64,000 nt of DNA from Clostridia bacterium (GTDB taxonomy: Bacteria; Bacillota; Clostridia; UMGS1883), in the NCBI GenBank assembly GCA_045646985.1, contig JAZRLV010000094.1:10158-74157 (forward strand), in the 5' to 3' direction. Below the pieces are notes generated by a model that saw only the letters and a program-made list of their open reading frames with translations, searched no databases and was not told the DNA's origin. A program made the position numbers and the translations under genes. Below are positions 47,837-58,197 of this stretch, one piece after another (position 1 is the first letter of the stretch; every line of letters starts with the position of its first letter).

Positions 47837-48646
47837 TTATTTATATATTTTAATCTTAAATTCTATAAATTCTTCATTTTCATTTTGTGAAATTCCAGTC
47901 CTTGCACCGCTTTGTTTTAGTAATTCCACCGTTTTTGTAACTGTATTTATGTATACGGGTATTTTTTCTTTTGAATTTTCTTTTCTGCTTTGTTTTTCGT
48001 TTCTCTTTTGCATCATTTCTTTAATGTTTTTATTAATGAGCAAATGAATTTCACTCTGTGAAAGCTCTTCCTTTATAATTTTATCTATTATTTCAAGCTG
48101 TTTTTCCTCATCATGCAATCTGAGCAATTCTTTTGATACATTTTCAGAAAGGTTGTTCTCCTCAATTTTATATCTTACTTTTTCGCTTAAATTAAGAATT
48201 CTTACCTTTTCGCTTATTTTTTCTGAATCTATTGATATTATTTTAAGGAGCTTTTCTTTTTTTATTTTGTGATACGCCATAAGGTTATAGTAGCCTTCTG
48301 CCTCTTCAGTTAATCTTAAGTTTTTTCGCTGAATATTTTCAATAAGGCTTATTTGTGCGCACTGTGCATCACCTGCCCTTACTATTAATGCAGGAATTTC
48401 CTTAAGTCCTGCCATTAAAGCTGCTCTTAATCTTCTTTGACCACAAATAAGCTCATATCCTTTTACCGCCCCTCTTACTATAATGGGGGAAATAACTCCT
48501 ACCTCTTTTATTGATTCGCAAAGGGAAGAAAGCTCCTTTCTTTCAAAGCTTTTGCGTGTCTGATAGGGATTTGGAAATATATCTGCTGTTTTTATCATTT
48601 TTATCTTTTGAGTGCTTCTTATCATATAAAAAAACAGTCCTTTCAT
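47837..48646 (-). CDS. noc: ParB-like nucleoid occlusion protein (Noc) paralogue, divergent
   Basis: ParB N-terminal domain with GQRRLRA (Glu to Gln) motif; HTH; Lys/Glu-rich C-terminus; position upstream of soj-spo0J as for noc; start uncertain. Confidence 0.6.
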   Translation of the reverse strand: MKGLFFYMIRSTQKIKMIKTADIFPNPYQTRKSFERKELSSLCESIKEVGVISPIIVRGAVKGYELICGQRRLRAALMAGLKEIPALIVRAGDAQCAQISLIENIQRKNLRLTEEAEGYYNLMAYHKIKKEKLLKIISIDSEKISEKVRILNLSEKVRYKIEENNLSENVSKELLRLHDEEKQLEIIDKIIKEELSQSEIHLLINKNIKEMMQKRNEKQSRKENSKEKIPVYINTVTKTVELLKQSGARTGISQNENEEFIEFKIKIYK

Positions 48647-48751
48647 ACAATTAATATTATTGTATCACACTGTATTATTATATTAAATAAAAATCTTTCG
48701 CCTTATTCTTACACATTTTCTATATATATTATTTTATATTTTTATATAAAA

Positions 48752-48792
48752 CAAAAACCGTGCCTCTTATTAACAAAGGTACGGTTTAAAAT
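48752..48792 (-). terminator. possible terminator after rsmG (AACCGTGCC ... GGTACGGTT + U-run)
   Basis: 9-bp stem with 1 mismatch; T-run on minus strand. Confidence 0.4.
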
Positions 48793-49497
48793 TTACATTA
48801 TAGGCTCTTTTGAGGGCTTTCCCGCTTTTCTTGGGTATTTTGATGGGGTAGAGCCAATCTTTTTTATTATAATAAGTGAATGTTTAATTCCCGACGGCAG
48901 TAAAATTTCTTTAACCTCTTGCGTTTTGCCTCCCATTTCCTTTATTGCTTTTTTTGCATTTTCAAGTTCTTCATCGGGCGCTGTACCTTTCATTGCTACA
49001 AAATAACCGCCCACTTTTACAAAAGGAAGTGCATACTCTGCCAAAACTGCTAAATCTGCAACGGCACGTGCTGTTGCAATATCAAATTTTTCACGCAGCG
49101 ACTTATCTTTTCCCGCATCTTCCGCACGAAAATGAATGGCAAGTGCATCGTTAAGACCTATTTTATCAATTACATCATTTAAAAAATTAATTCTTTTGTT
49201 AAGAGAGTCAAGCATGGTAAGCTTTATATCTTTCCGCACTATTTTTACGGGGATAGACGGAAAACCTGCCCCTGCACCAATATCAATCATACTGCATCCT
49301 TGTGAAAGCTTTTCACTTGTTACAAGAGTTACTGAATCTAAAAAATGCTTTTCTTTTATTTCATCAATCTCTGTTATTGCGGTAAGATTCATAAACTCAT
49401 TATAATGAAGCATCATTTTTGAATATTCTTCAAATTCGCTGTTCATTTGCGGTGTTATTTCTATATTATATTTTGCTGCTTCTTTTATTAAATCCAT
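48793..49497 (-). CDS. rsmG: 16S rRNA (guanine527-N7)-methyltransferase RsmG (GidB)
   Basis: 234 aa; SAM-binding DIGAGAGFP. Confidence 0.9.
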   Translation of the reverse strand: MDLIKEAAKYNIEITPQMNSEFEEYSKMMLHYNEFMNLTAITEIDEIKEKHFLDSVTLVTSEKLSQGCSMIDIGAGAGFPSIPVKIVRKDIKLTMLDSLNKRINFLNDVIDKIGLNDALAIHFRAEDAGKDKSLREKFDIATARAVADLAVLAEYALPFVKVGGYFVAMKGTAPDEELENAKKAIKEMGGKTQEVKEILLPSGIKHSLIIIKKIGSTPSKYPRKAGKPSKEPIM

Positions 49498-49512
49498 TAT
49501 TTTACCTCTTTA

Positions 49513-51375
49513 TTAGTTTATTGAGGCAAGATATATAAGTAAAACCCCTATATCTGCCGGACTTACTCCGCTGATTCTGCTTGCTCTTCCTATGTTTTCA
49601 GGACGCATTTTCTCAAGCTTTTGCCTTGCTTCTGTTCTCAAACCGTATACCTTTGAATAATCAATATTTTCAGGTATTATTTTCTTTTCATTTTTTGCAA
49701 AGCGCTCTACCTGCTCATATTGTCTTTTTATATAACCTTCGTATTTTACGGCTATTTCTGCCTGTTGCCAGTGTGTCTTTTCAAGAACGGGTCTTTCTTT
49801 ATCAAAAGGAGCCAGTTCCTCATAGCTAAGCTCCGGTCTCCTGATTAATTCTGCCAGTTTTATGCCTGTTGCAAGCGTTTGACTTCCAATATTTTCCAAA
49901 TATTGGTTAATTTCTTTACTTGGGGATATATTTACAGAATTAATTCTTTCTATTTCTTTTTCTATGTTTTCTTTCTTTTCAAGGAATTTTTTATATCTTT
50001 CTTCAGAAATAAGTCCTATCTCATATCCTGTAGGCGTAAGACGTAAATCTGCATTGTCCTGTCTGAGAAGAAGCCTGTATTCTGCTCTTGAGGTAAGCAT
50101 TCTGTACGGCTCATTTGTTCCTTTTGTTACAAGGTCATCTATAAGCACACCTATGTATGCTTCACTGCGGTCAAAAACTATGCTTTCTTGTCCTTTTATT
50201 TTTCTTGCCGCATTTATTCCTGCCATAAGTCCCTGTGCTGCCGCTTCCTCATAACCGCTGGTGCCATTAAACTGACCTGCACCGAAAAGTCCCGGAATAT
50301 CACGCATCTCAAGCGAGGGTTTAAGCTGTAAGGGATTACAGCAATCATACTCTATTGCGTAAGCACTGCGCATTATTTCAACATTTTCAAGACCTTTCAT
50401 GGTTTTAAGCATTGAAAGCTGTACATCCTCCGGCAGACTCGAGCTCATTCCCTGAAGATACATTTCCTGCGTAGAAAGACCCATAGGCTCTATAAATACC
50501 TGATGTCTTTCACGGTCAGCAAATCTTACAACCTTGTCTTCTATCGATGGGCAGTATCTTGGACCTACCCCGTCAATAAGTCCGTTAAAAAGAGGACTTC
50601 TGTGAAGATTCTGTCTTATTATATCGTGGGTTTTTTCATTTGTGTAAGTAAGGTAACAACAAACCTTGTTTTCTTCTTTTTCTGTAGTTTCAAAAGAGAA
50701 AGGAACAATTTCTTCGTCACCCTCCTGCTTTTCGAGAATTGAAAAATCAACGCTCCTTGCATGTACACGGGTAGGTGTACCCGTTTTAAAGCGCATCATT
50801 TCCACGCCCAATTTTTGCAGACTCTCGCTAAGTCCTAATGATGGAAATAATCCGTCAGGACCACCGCTGTATGAGGTTTCGCCTATTATTATTTTACCCT
50901 CCATATATGTTCCTGTAGAAAGTATAACGCATTTTGCATAAAAGAGGGTGCCTGTATGTATTTTAAGCGAAAATCCGTCTTCTGTTTTTTCAATTTCTTT
51001 AACTTCTGCCTGTCTTATATAAAGATTTTCCTGATTTTCAAGGCATTTTTTCATTTCCATCTGATATGCCCGTCTGTCAGATTGTGCACGAAGAGAATGA
51101 ACTGCCGGTCCTTTTCTAAGATTAAGCATTCTTGTCTGTAGCTTTGTTTTATCTGCTACTTTTCCCATTTCACCGCCCAAAGCATCAATTTCACGTACAA
51201 GATGACCTTTTGCGGTACCGCCTATACTGGGATTACAAGGCAAATTTGCGATAGAATCAAGATTTAAAGTAATAACTATCGTTTTCATTCCCAGTCTTGC
51301 TGCAGCAAGTGCAGCTTCACATCCTGCATGTCCTGCGCCAACAACTGCTATATCATAATTAAATGTATTATCCAT
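49513..51375 (-). CDS. mnmG: tRNA uridine-5-carboxymethylaminomethyl modification enzyme MnmG (GidA)
   Basis: 620 aa; FAD-binding [12 protein letters not shown]. Confidence 0.95.
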   Translation of the reverse strand: MDNTFNYDIAVVGAGHAGCEAALAAARLGMKTIVITLNLDSIANLPCNPSIGGTAKGHLVREIDALGGEMGKVADKTKLQTRMLNLRKGPAVHSLRAQSDRRAYQMEMKKCLENQENLYIRQAEVKEIEKTEDGFSLKIHTGTLFYAKCVILSTGTYMEGKIIIGETSYSGGPDGLFPSLGLSESLQKLGVEMMRFKTGTPTRVHARSVDFSILEKQEGDEEIVPFSFETTEKEENKVCCYLTYTNEKTHDIIRQNLHRSPLFNGLIDGVGPRYCPSIEDKVVRFADRERHQVFIEPMGLSTQEMYLQGMSSSLPEDVQLSMLKTMKGLENVEIMRSAYAIEYDCCNPLQLKPSLEMRDIPGLFGAGQFNGTSGYEEAAAQGLMAGINAARKIKGQESIVFDRSEAYIGVLIDDLVTKGTNEPYRMLTSRAEYRLLLRQDNADLRLTPTGYEIGLISEERYKKFLEKKENIEKEIERINSVNISPSKEINQYLENIGSQTLATGIKLAELIRRPELSYEELAPFDKERPVLEKTHWQQAEIAVKYEGYIKRQYEQVERFAKNEKKIIPENIDYSKVYGLRTEARQKLEKMRPENIGRASRISGVSPADIGVLLIYLASIN

Positions 51376-51396
51376 AAAAAAACCTTCTTTTAGAAA

Positions 51397-52731
51397 TTAT
51401 TTACCTAAACAGAATTTTTCAAATATTCTGTCTACAGTTTCCTGGTTTATACTAATTCCCTCTGCTTCTCCCAAAAATGCAACAGCACTTCCTATATCAA
51501 TAGCAGCAAGATCACTGAAAAATCCATCTTCTACTGTATCTATTGCCTTTTTTATGCTTTCAGCAGCTCTCAAAACAGCTTCAAACTGTCTTTCGTTTGC
51601 TATAAATGCTGTTGAAGGCGTATTTCCTATTATATCTGATACAGCTTTTTTAACATTTTCAATACCTTTGTTATTTTTTGCACTTATTTCTATATATCCC
51701 TCTTTTTCATTTTTATTTAAATCTGTTTTATTAGAAACAAGGATATATTCTTTGTCTTTTATTTTATCTAATATTTCTTCTTCCTCTTTTGTAAGATTTC
51801 TCCCCGATTCTGTTACAAAAATACATATATCAGCATTTTTTATATAATCATATGATTTTTCAACGCCTATACTTTCAACTATATCTTCACTTTCACGTAT
51901 ACCGGCAGTATCACCGAATTTAACAGGAATTCCCTCTATATCGGCATATTCTTCAACCACATCACGTGTTGTTCCGGCTATATCTGTAACGATAGCTTTT
52001 CTTTTTTGTATAAGGGCATTTAAAAGAGAGCTTTTTCCCGTGTTTGGTATTCCGCATATAGCACATGTTATACCATTATTTAAAGCTTCGCCCCTTCTTG
52101 CTGTTTTTTTAAGTTTTAAAAGCTCATCATATATATTTAGAAGCTTTCCTTTAAGTTCTCCCCCTGCAAACGTATCTATATCTTCTTCAGGAAAATCACT
52201 GGATACCTGTATAGCCGCAAGTAAATCAAGAAGCTCTTCTCTTATTTTTATAATAGGCTTGGTTATTCCACCCTCTAAACGATTTACCGCAGCATAAAGT
52301 GCTTCATCAGTTTTAGATTCTATTATATCATGAACAGCCTCTGCCTGAGTAAGACTCATTTTTCCGTTCAAAAAGGCTCTTTTTGTAAATTCACCTTTTT
52401 GTGCCATAGATGCCCCATTTTCTAAAAGTGCATCTATTATCCTTTCAACGCTTACCATTGATCCATGACAGCTTATTTCACATACATTCTCTCCGGTGAA
52501 GGAATTAGGCGCTCTGAAAACAGAAACAAGACATTCATCTATTTCCTTGTTTTCAAAACAAACCTTTCCATAAACTATAGTATATCCCTTTGCTTCTGTT
52601 ATTTTTTTATCAGAAACAATTATTTTTTCTGTTATGGAAAGTGCTTCTTCTCCGCTTACTCTTATTACAGCTATTCCTCCCTTTCCCCTCGGTGTGGAAA
52701 GGGCACATATAGTATCATTTTTATTTATCAT
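51397..52731 (-). CDS. mnmE: tRNA modification GTPase MnmE (TrmE)
   Basis: G-domain GIPNTGKSSLLN, DTAG, NKTD; C-terminal CxGK; start at ATG (MINKNDTI) with AAGAGGA RBS, the upstream TTG codons being 5' UTR. Confidence 0.9.
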   Translation of the reverse strand: MINKNDTICALSTPRGKGGIAVIRVSGEEALSITEKIIVSDKKITEAKGYTIVYGKVCFENKEIDECLVSVFRAPNSFTGENVCEISCHGSMVSVERIIDALLENGASMAQKGEFTKRAFLNGKMSLTQAEAVHDIIESKTDEALYAAVNRLEGGITKPIIKIREELLDLLAAIQVSSDFPEEDIDTFAGGELKGKLLNIYDELLKLKKTARRGEALNNGITCAICGIPNTGKSSLLNALIQKRKAIVTDIAGTTRDVVEEYADIEGIPVKFGDTAGIRESEDIVESIGVEKSYDYIKNADICIFVTESGRNLTKEEEEILDKIKDKEYILVSNKTDLNKNEKEGYIEISAKNNKGIENVKKAVSDIIGNTPSTAFIANERQFEAVLRAAESIKKAIDTVEDGFFSDLAAIDIGSAVAFLGEAEGISINQETVDRIFEKFCLGK

Positions 52732-52793
52732 AATATTCCTCTTATTCAAAAGGCGGAAGTGTTTCCACCCCCGCCACTTTTTTAGTATAGGAT

Positions 52794-53486
52794 TTACTCT
52801 GTCTTCAGCTCGTTCTCTTTACGGTTATAACGGTATTTTGAAACATAATCATCGCCATATTCCTTTTTCTTTGTTGTTATAACTATACAACGATTGGGAT
52901 CCTTACCTGTAGAATAGGTGGTTACATTTCTGTATTCCTGAAGTGCCGAATGAATTATTCTTCTCTCATTAGGATTCATAGGCTCAAGAGTTACACTCTT
53001 TCTGTTTCTTGAAACAACACCTGCCATTCTTTTTGCAAGCTTTATAAGTGTTTCTTCTCTTTTTCCTCTGTAATTTTCCGTATCTATAGTAACTCTTATA
53101 TAATTTTCTTCACCTTTATTTACAACAAGTGATGTAAGATACTGAAGTGCATCAAGCGTATCACCACGACGTCCTATTACTTTTCCTACTTCTTCGCTGT
53201 CACCTATTATTTCTATGTTTACTGTTTCATCTTCATAAGAAGATTTAATCTCAGACTTTATTCCGAACTTTTCCATTATAGAAGATACATATTTTTCAGC
53301 TTTTTGAGTTGGATTTTCTTCCATTTTTACTCTTACGTACGCTTCCTCTGCACCTAAGCCTAAAATTCCTCTTTTACCCTCATTAATTACTTCTATTTCA
53401 ACATTTTCTTTTGTTGTTCCAAGCTCGGTAAGTGCAGCGCTTACTGCTTCATCAATCGTCTTTCCCTTTTTTTCTATTATTATCAT
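52794..53486 (-). CDS. jag: RNA-binding protein KhpB/Jag (Jag_N, KH, R3H domains)
   Basis: 230 aa; position downstream of yidC; R3H motif near the C-terminus. Confidence 0.85.
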   Translation of the reverse strand: MIIIEKKGKTIDEAVSAALTELGTTKENVEIEVINEGKRGILGLGAEEAYVRVKMEENPTQKAEKYVSSIMEKFGIKSEIKSSYEDETVNIEIIGDSEEVGKVIGRRGDTLDALQYLTSLVVNKGEENYIRVTIDTENYRGKREETLIKLAKRMAGVVSRNRKSVTLEPMNPNERRIIHSALQEYRNVTTYSTGKDPNRCIVITTKKKEYGDDYVSKYRYNRKENELKTE

Positions 53487-54316
53487 TTTTTCTCTTTCCT
53501 TTCAGAAGGTATGTTTTGCTTTATCTTTTTATCTATAATTTTTGTTATTACTGTCTGTTGTATAAGCTGAAATGCCGTTGAAACAAACCAATAAAGTGAC
53601 ATTCCCGCAGGCATTGTATAGGTAAAAAACGCTGTCATTATGGGCATAATAGTCATCATTGAATTTGACATAGACTGCGCCTGTTCATTAGCATTGCCGT
53701 TTTGTGACATCTGTTTTTTTGAAATATAAGATGAAGCGACCGTAGCAAGAACTGCCAGAACAGGGAATATCCACATCATTAAATCCATTTCATTTCCCTT
53801 AAGCATTTTTGTAAGATCTATTCCAAAGAAATTAAAGTTTATAGGCTCCTTTCCAAGAGCTATAATCTGCTCTGTAACACCTTTTATACCACAAAGAGTT
53901 ACCTGATAAGTAGCAGCAGAAGCACCTACAACTTCTTTTATATTATTTATCTGCTCAACTGAAAGCTGAAGTATATATCTGAGCGGATCGTATACAACAC
54001 GTATAAATCCAAATAAAACAAACATCTGTACAATCAAAGGAAGACATCCTCCCATAGGATTTACATCATGTTTTTTATAAAGCTTCTGCATCTCTATAGC
54101 AAGCTTATCCTTATCATTCTTATACTTTTGCTGAATTTTTTGCATTTCAGGCTGAATAAGCTGAGTTTTTGAAGTGCTCTTCTGTGACATTACCGTAAGA
54201 GGAATAGTAAGGACTCTCACCAAAATAGTAACTATTATAAGAGTAGCACCATAATTTTCTATTAAATTATAAACTATTCTTGTTATAAAAGCCAAAGGCT
54301 CTGCTAAAATATACAT
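53483..54316 (-). CDS. yidC: membrane protein insertase YidC/SpoIIIJ
   Basis: 277 aa; 60-kDa inner membrane insertase family; 4-nt overlap with jag. Confidence 0.9.
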   Translation of the reverse strand: MYILAEPLAFITRIVYNLIENYGATLIIVTILVRVLTIPLTVMSQKSTSKTQLIQPEMQKIQQKYKNDKDKLAIEMQKLYKKHDVNPMGGCLPLIVQMFVLFGFIRVVYDPLRYILQLSVEQINNIKEVVGASAATYQVTLCGIKGVTEQIIALGKEPINFNFFGIDLTKMLKGNEMDLMMWIFPVLAVLATVASSYISKKQMSQNGNANEQAQSMSNSMMTIMPIMTAFFTYTMPAGMSLYWFVSTAFQLIQQTVITKIIDKKIKQNIPSERKEKK

Positions 54317-54334
54317 TTTTCTTCTCCTTTTTTA

Positions 54335-54553
54335 TTACGGAACAGGGTCATATCCGCCTTTACAAAACGGATTACATCTTAAAATTCTTTTTATAGACAA
54401 ATAAAGCCCCTTTATGGCTCCATACTTTTCAAAAGCCAAAACGGCATACTCTGAACATGTAGGAGTAAAGCGGCAGCAAGGTTTTTTTAACGGAGATATA
54501 TATTTTCTGTAAATATTTATTAAACCGATAAAAAATTTCTTAATCAAGCTCAT
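54335..54553 (-). CDS. yidD: membrane protein insertion efficiency factor YidD
   Basis: conserved CRFxPTCSEYA motif; start placed at MSLIKKFF (72 aa); overlaps the rnpA 3' end. Confidence 0.7.
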   Translation of the reverse strand: MSLIKKFFIGLINIYRKYISPLKKPCCRFTPTCSEYAVLAFEKYGAIKGLYLSIKRILRCNPFCKGGYDPVP

Positions 54554-54881
54554 CCCTTTTAAGAAGCCCGCTGTCATAAAGCGCACTCTTTAAATCTTTT
54601 TGTATTTCGTGAAAGTTTGCATTCTGGGAACTTCTACGAGCTACAATTACAATATCATATCCCTGAATAGTTGTTAAATTTCTGTAGCTTTCTTTTAAAA
54701 GCCTTCTCACTCTGTTTCTTGTGACAGCATTTCCTACTTTAGGAGAAACTGTTAAACCAAGTCTGTTATAAGAAAATTTGTTTTTTCTGTAATATAAAAC
54801 AATTCTTTTTTTTACAGAAGATTTTCCTCTGTAATAGAGTCTTTTGAAATCACTGTTTTCTTTAATAGAAACTATTTTCAT
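54540..54881 (-). CDS. rnpA: ribonuclease P protein component
   Basis: RnpA fold signature ([10 protein letters not shown]); start placed at [12 protein letters not shown] (ORF-track start is an upstream GTG). Confidence 0.8.
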   Translation of the reverse strand: MKIVSIKENSDFKRLYYRGKSSVKKRIVLYYRKNKFSYNRLGLTVSPKVGNAVTRNRVRRLLKESYRNLTTIQGYDIVIVARRSSQNANFHEIQKDLKSALYDSGLLKRDELD

Positions 54882-54916
54882 CTTATCACACACACAGAGT
54901 GTGTTCTTTCTGCTAT

Positions 54917-55051
54917 TTAGGCAGAAAGAACACGTCTGCCTCTCTGACGGCGTCTTCTGAGAACCTTTCTTCCGTTAGCGGTACTCATTCTTTTTCTGAA
55001 ACCGTGATCCTTTTTTCTCTTTCTTACATTAGGCTGATAAGTTCTGAGCAT
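54917..55051 (-). CDS. rpmH: 50S ribosomal protein L34 (44 aa; absent from the ORF track)
   Basis: translation [44 protein letters not shown]; canonical rpmH-rnpA arrangement at oriC. Confidence 0.85.
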   Translation of the reverse strand: MLRTYQPNVRKRKKDHGFRKRMSTANGRKVLRRRRQRGRRVLSA

Positions 55052-55364
55052 TCTCTGCACCTCCTTAATTTATAAAAGCCATTTAAGGCTACTTTCACCA
55101 ACTATACCATAACGATACCAATTTAGTATACATAAACTTATGTTTTTTGTCAACAATTATTTTATTTTTTTATTTTTAAGTTGAATTTTCTCTTATTATT
55201 TGTTATAATAAATTGAATGGTTTAAAAAAGTTATTAACAGTTTTATTATGTATTTTAAAGTTATTAACAACTTTTTCAGCATTATTTGCTTGTTTTATAA
55301 GGTTTTTAACAGTTTTTATTAACAGCCTTGTTTAAAATTTTTCCTAACTATTTATATAAAAGGA
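55052..55364. promoter_or_regulatory. putative oriC segment 1 (rpmH-dnaA intergenic) with DnaA-box-like repeats and the dnaA promoter region
   Basis: three direct copies of TTATTAACA (55231, 55261, 55316), 1 mismatch to TTATNCACA, plus TTTTTAACA at 55304; 70-75% AT. Confidence 0.55.
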
Positions 55365-56678
55365 ATGTTGCTTATGTCATCAGATTTAATTAAAATATGG
55401 ACAGAATGTCTTATTCTTTTAGAAGATGAAGTTACACCGGTTGGTTTTAACACATGGATAAAAGATTTAAAGCCTATTAACCTTAGTGATACTACTTTCA
55501 CTCTTAGTGCACAAACAACAATTATAAAAAATATGGTAGAAATGCGCTACAGCGATCTTATAAAAAATACTTTAAGTGAAATTACAGGAAAAATATATGA
55601 TATAGAATTCATTTTAGGTGAAAGCTTTACACCTTCCATACGAAAAAATGAAAATTTTGATACATATCATAAATACACTTTTGATAATTTCGTTGTAGGT
55701 AATTCAAATCGCTTTGCTCAAAGTGCATCTCTTGCTGTTGCTGAAGCGCCGGCATATGCATATAACCCTCTTTTTCTTTACGGAGGGGTAGGTCTTGGTA
55801 AGACTCATCTTATGCATGCTATAGGAAATTACATAAAAGGTAATAATCCCGATGCAAAGATTGAATTTATAAGTGCAGAAACTTTTACAACAGAGCTTAT
55901 TAACTCCATAAAAGATAATACAAATCAGCAATTTCGTGATAAATACAGAAATATAGATGTTCTTTTGGTTGATGACATTCAGTTTATTGCAGGAAAAACA
56001 ACAACAGAAGAAGAATTTTTCCACACATTTAACGCTCTTCATGAAGCTAATAAACAGATTGTTCTTACAAGCGACCGTCCTCCGAATGAAATAAAAACTT
56101 TAGAGGAAAGACTTCGCTCAAGATTTGGTTGGGGACTTATATGTGATATACAGCCGCCTGATTATGAAACAAGAATAGCTATTCTTCGTAAAAAAGCGCA
56201 AAATGATAACATTATAATAGGTGACGATATAATAGAATTTATAGCACAGAAAATAAAATCAAATATTCGTGAGCTTGAAGGCGTATTTAACAGAGTTATA
56301 GCCTACAGATCACTTATTAACAGAGAAATAACAATAGATGTAGCGATGGAGGCTTTAAAAGATTACGGTGAAAAAGGTGAAAAGAAAGTAACTGTAGAAT
56401 CTATAATAGAAGCCTGTGCAAAATTCTACAATGTTAAAAAAGAAGATATATATTCTGAAAAAAGAACAAAGGAAATAGCTTTTGCAAGACAAGTTTCTAT
56501 TTATATAATAAGAGAAATTACAAATTTCTCTTTCCCTAAAATAGGAGCAATTTTCGGAAAAGACCATGCTACAGCCATTTATGCTATCAAACAGATATCA
56601 AAACTTATGGAAAAAGATATAAGTGTAAAGATAAATATAGAAAGTCTCATAAATGACATAAAAGGTGACGTTAACTGA
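55365..56678 (+). CDS. dnaA: chromosomal replication initiator protein DnaA
   Basis: 437 aa; AAA+ GGVGLGKTHL; C-terminal DnaA box-binding domain; true start possibly at the second ATG (MSSDLIK, 55374). Confidence 0.95.
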   Translation: MLLMSSDLIKIWTECLILLEDEVTPVGFNTWIKDLKPINLSDTTFTLSAQTTIIKNMVEMRYSDLIKNTLSEITGKIYDIEFILGESFTPSIRKNENFDTYHKYTFDNFVVGNSNRFAQSASLAVAEAPAYAYNPLFLYGGVGLGKTHLMHAIGNYIKGNNPDAKIEFISAETFTTELINSIKDNTNQQFRDKYRNIDVLLVDDIQFIAGKTTTEEEFFHTFNALHEANKQIVLTSDRPPNEIKTLEERLRSRFGWGLICDIQPPDYETRIAILRKKAQNDNIIIGDDIIEFIAQKIKSNIRELEGVFNRVIAYRSLINREITIDVAMEALKDYGEKGEKKVTVESIIEACAKFYNVKKEDIYSEKRTKEIAFARQVSIYIIREITNFSFPKIGAIFGKDHATAIYAIKQISKLMEKDISVKINIESLINDIKGDVN

Positions 56679-56877
56679 CAGTTTATTGTTAATTAACAAT
56701 TTAGCTTAAAATCTTTTATTTTATATTAACTGTGTTTTTAACAAGATAAAATGCGGTTAAATGGCTTTATAAAGTAATTTTTAAAGCTTATTAACATTAC
56801 TAACCTTACTACTTATACTTTAAATAAATATATTATTATATATATATACAAAAAAACAGAAGGGATGTAAATTATAA
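56679..56877. promoter_or_regulatory. putative oriC segment 2 (dnaA-dnaN intergenic): AT-rich unwinding region with DnaA-box-like sites
   Basis: 14-bp perfect palindrome TTGTTAATTAACAA at 56687-56700; TTATTAACA at 56789; (TA)n tract at 56829-56849; over 75% AT. Confidence 0.5.
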
Positions 56878-57978
56878 ATGAAATTTTTCTGTGATACCAA
56901 AGCTCTTTCAGATGCAATAAATATAGTTTCAAAAGCAGTTGCTACAAAATCCCCTATTCCTCATTTGGAAGGAATTTTATTAACAGCAAAGGGAGGAACT
57001 CTTACTCTTCTGGGAAATAATCTTGAAATATCTATAAAAACATCTATCAGTGCAAATATAAGTGAGGAAGGAAGCATAGTTCTTAATTCAAAAATGTTTT
57101 CTGACATAGTAAGAAAGCTTCCTCAGGATGTTTGTGAAGTAAATACAAATGAAAATTATAATGTTTCTATTATATGTAAAAATTCTGATTACAAAATAGT
57201 AGGACTTAATGCAGATGAATTTCCGCAGCCTCCTCAGATTGCTAAAAAAAGCAGTATTAATATAAAAAGTGATAAGCTGCGTGATATAATAGGTAAAACA
57301 CTTTTTGCAGTTTCACTTGATAATGCACGAAAAATACTTACAGGATCATTATATGAAATAGAAAACAATGTTCTTACTGTTGTATCTGTAGATGGATACC
57401 GTCTTGCTCTTACAAAAATGAATACAGACGGCGAATATAATGATGCAAAGTTTATAATTCCAGGAAAAACACAGAGTGAAATTTCAAAAATTATAAGCGG
57501 AAGCAGTGAAGAAAATATAAATATTTCCTTCAGTGAAAATTATGCTCTTATAGAGGGTGAAGGAATAACTATCACTTCACGTCTTATAGAGGGTGAGTTC
57601 TTCTCTTATAAAAATACAATTCCTTCAGAATCAAAATATGTTGTTAAAACAGATTGTTATTCATTTATAAAGGCTATCGAAAGAGTAGAGCCTGTTATTG
57701 ATGAAGTAAGTAAGAACTGTGTACGTTTTAAGTTTGAAAACGGAAAAATAATAATAAGCTGTGAAACTGTTTTGGGTAAGGTTAATGACGTTGTAGAATG
57801 TGATTATTATGGTGAAAGCTTAGAAATAGGATTTAACTATAAATATCTTCACGATGCAATTTCAAGGTGTGAGGGTGAAGAAATTGAGCTTAAGATGAAT
57901 TCTCCCTTTAATCCTCTTTTAATAAATTCAACAGATGATGACAGCTATTTGTTTATGGTTCTCCCCGTAAGAATTTAA
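56878..57978 (+). CDS. dnaN: DNA polymerase III subunit beta (sliding clamp)
   Basis: 366 aa; three-domain clamp; position after dnaA. Confidence 0.95.
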   Translation: MKFFCDTKALSDAINIVSKAVATKSPIPHLEGILLTAKGGTLTLLGNNLEISIKTSISANISEEGSIVLNSKMFSDIVRKLPQDVCEVNTNENYNVSIICKNSDYKIVGLNADEFPQPPQIAKKSSINIKSDKLRDIIGKTLFAVSLDNARKILTGSLYEIENNVLTVVSVDGYRLALTKMNTDGEYNDAKFIIPGKTQSEISKIISGSSEENINISFSENYALIEGEGITITSRLIEGEFFSYKNTIPSESKYVVKTDCYSFIKAIERVEPVIDEVSKNCVRFKFENGKIIISCETVLGKVNDVVECDYYGESLEIGFNYKYLHDAISRCEGEEIELKMNSPFNPLLINSTDDDSYLFMVLPVRI

Positions 57979-57993
57979 GAAAAGGAAATATTT

Positions 57994-58197
57994 ATGATAA
58001 TAGAAATAAAAACGGAATATATAAAGCTTGACAGTGCACTTAAATATTGCAGCGTGGCAGAAAACGGAGCACATGCAAAGGAAATGATACAAAACGGCGA
58101 AGTTTTTGTTAATGGAGAGGTTGAGTTAAGGCGTGGTAAAAAGCTTTATAAAGGTGATAAATTCAAAATATTTGATGAGGAATATGAAATAGAATGA
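57994..58197 (+). CDS. yaaA: S4-domain RNA-binding protein YaaA
   Basis: 67 aa; S4-like fold; conserved between dnaN and recF. Confidence 0.8.
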   Translation: MIIEIKTEYIKLDSALKYCSVAENGAHAKEMIQNGEVFVNGEVELRRGKKLYKGDKFKIFDEEYEIE

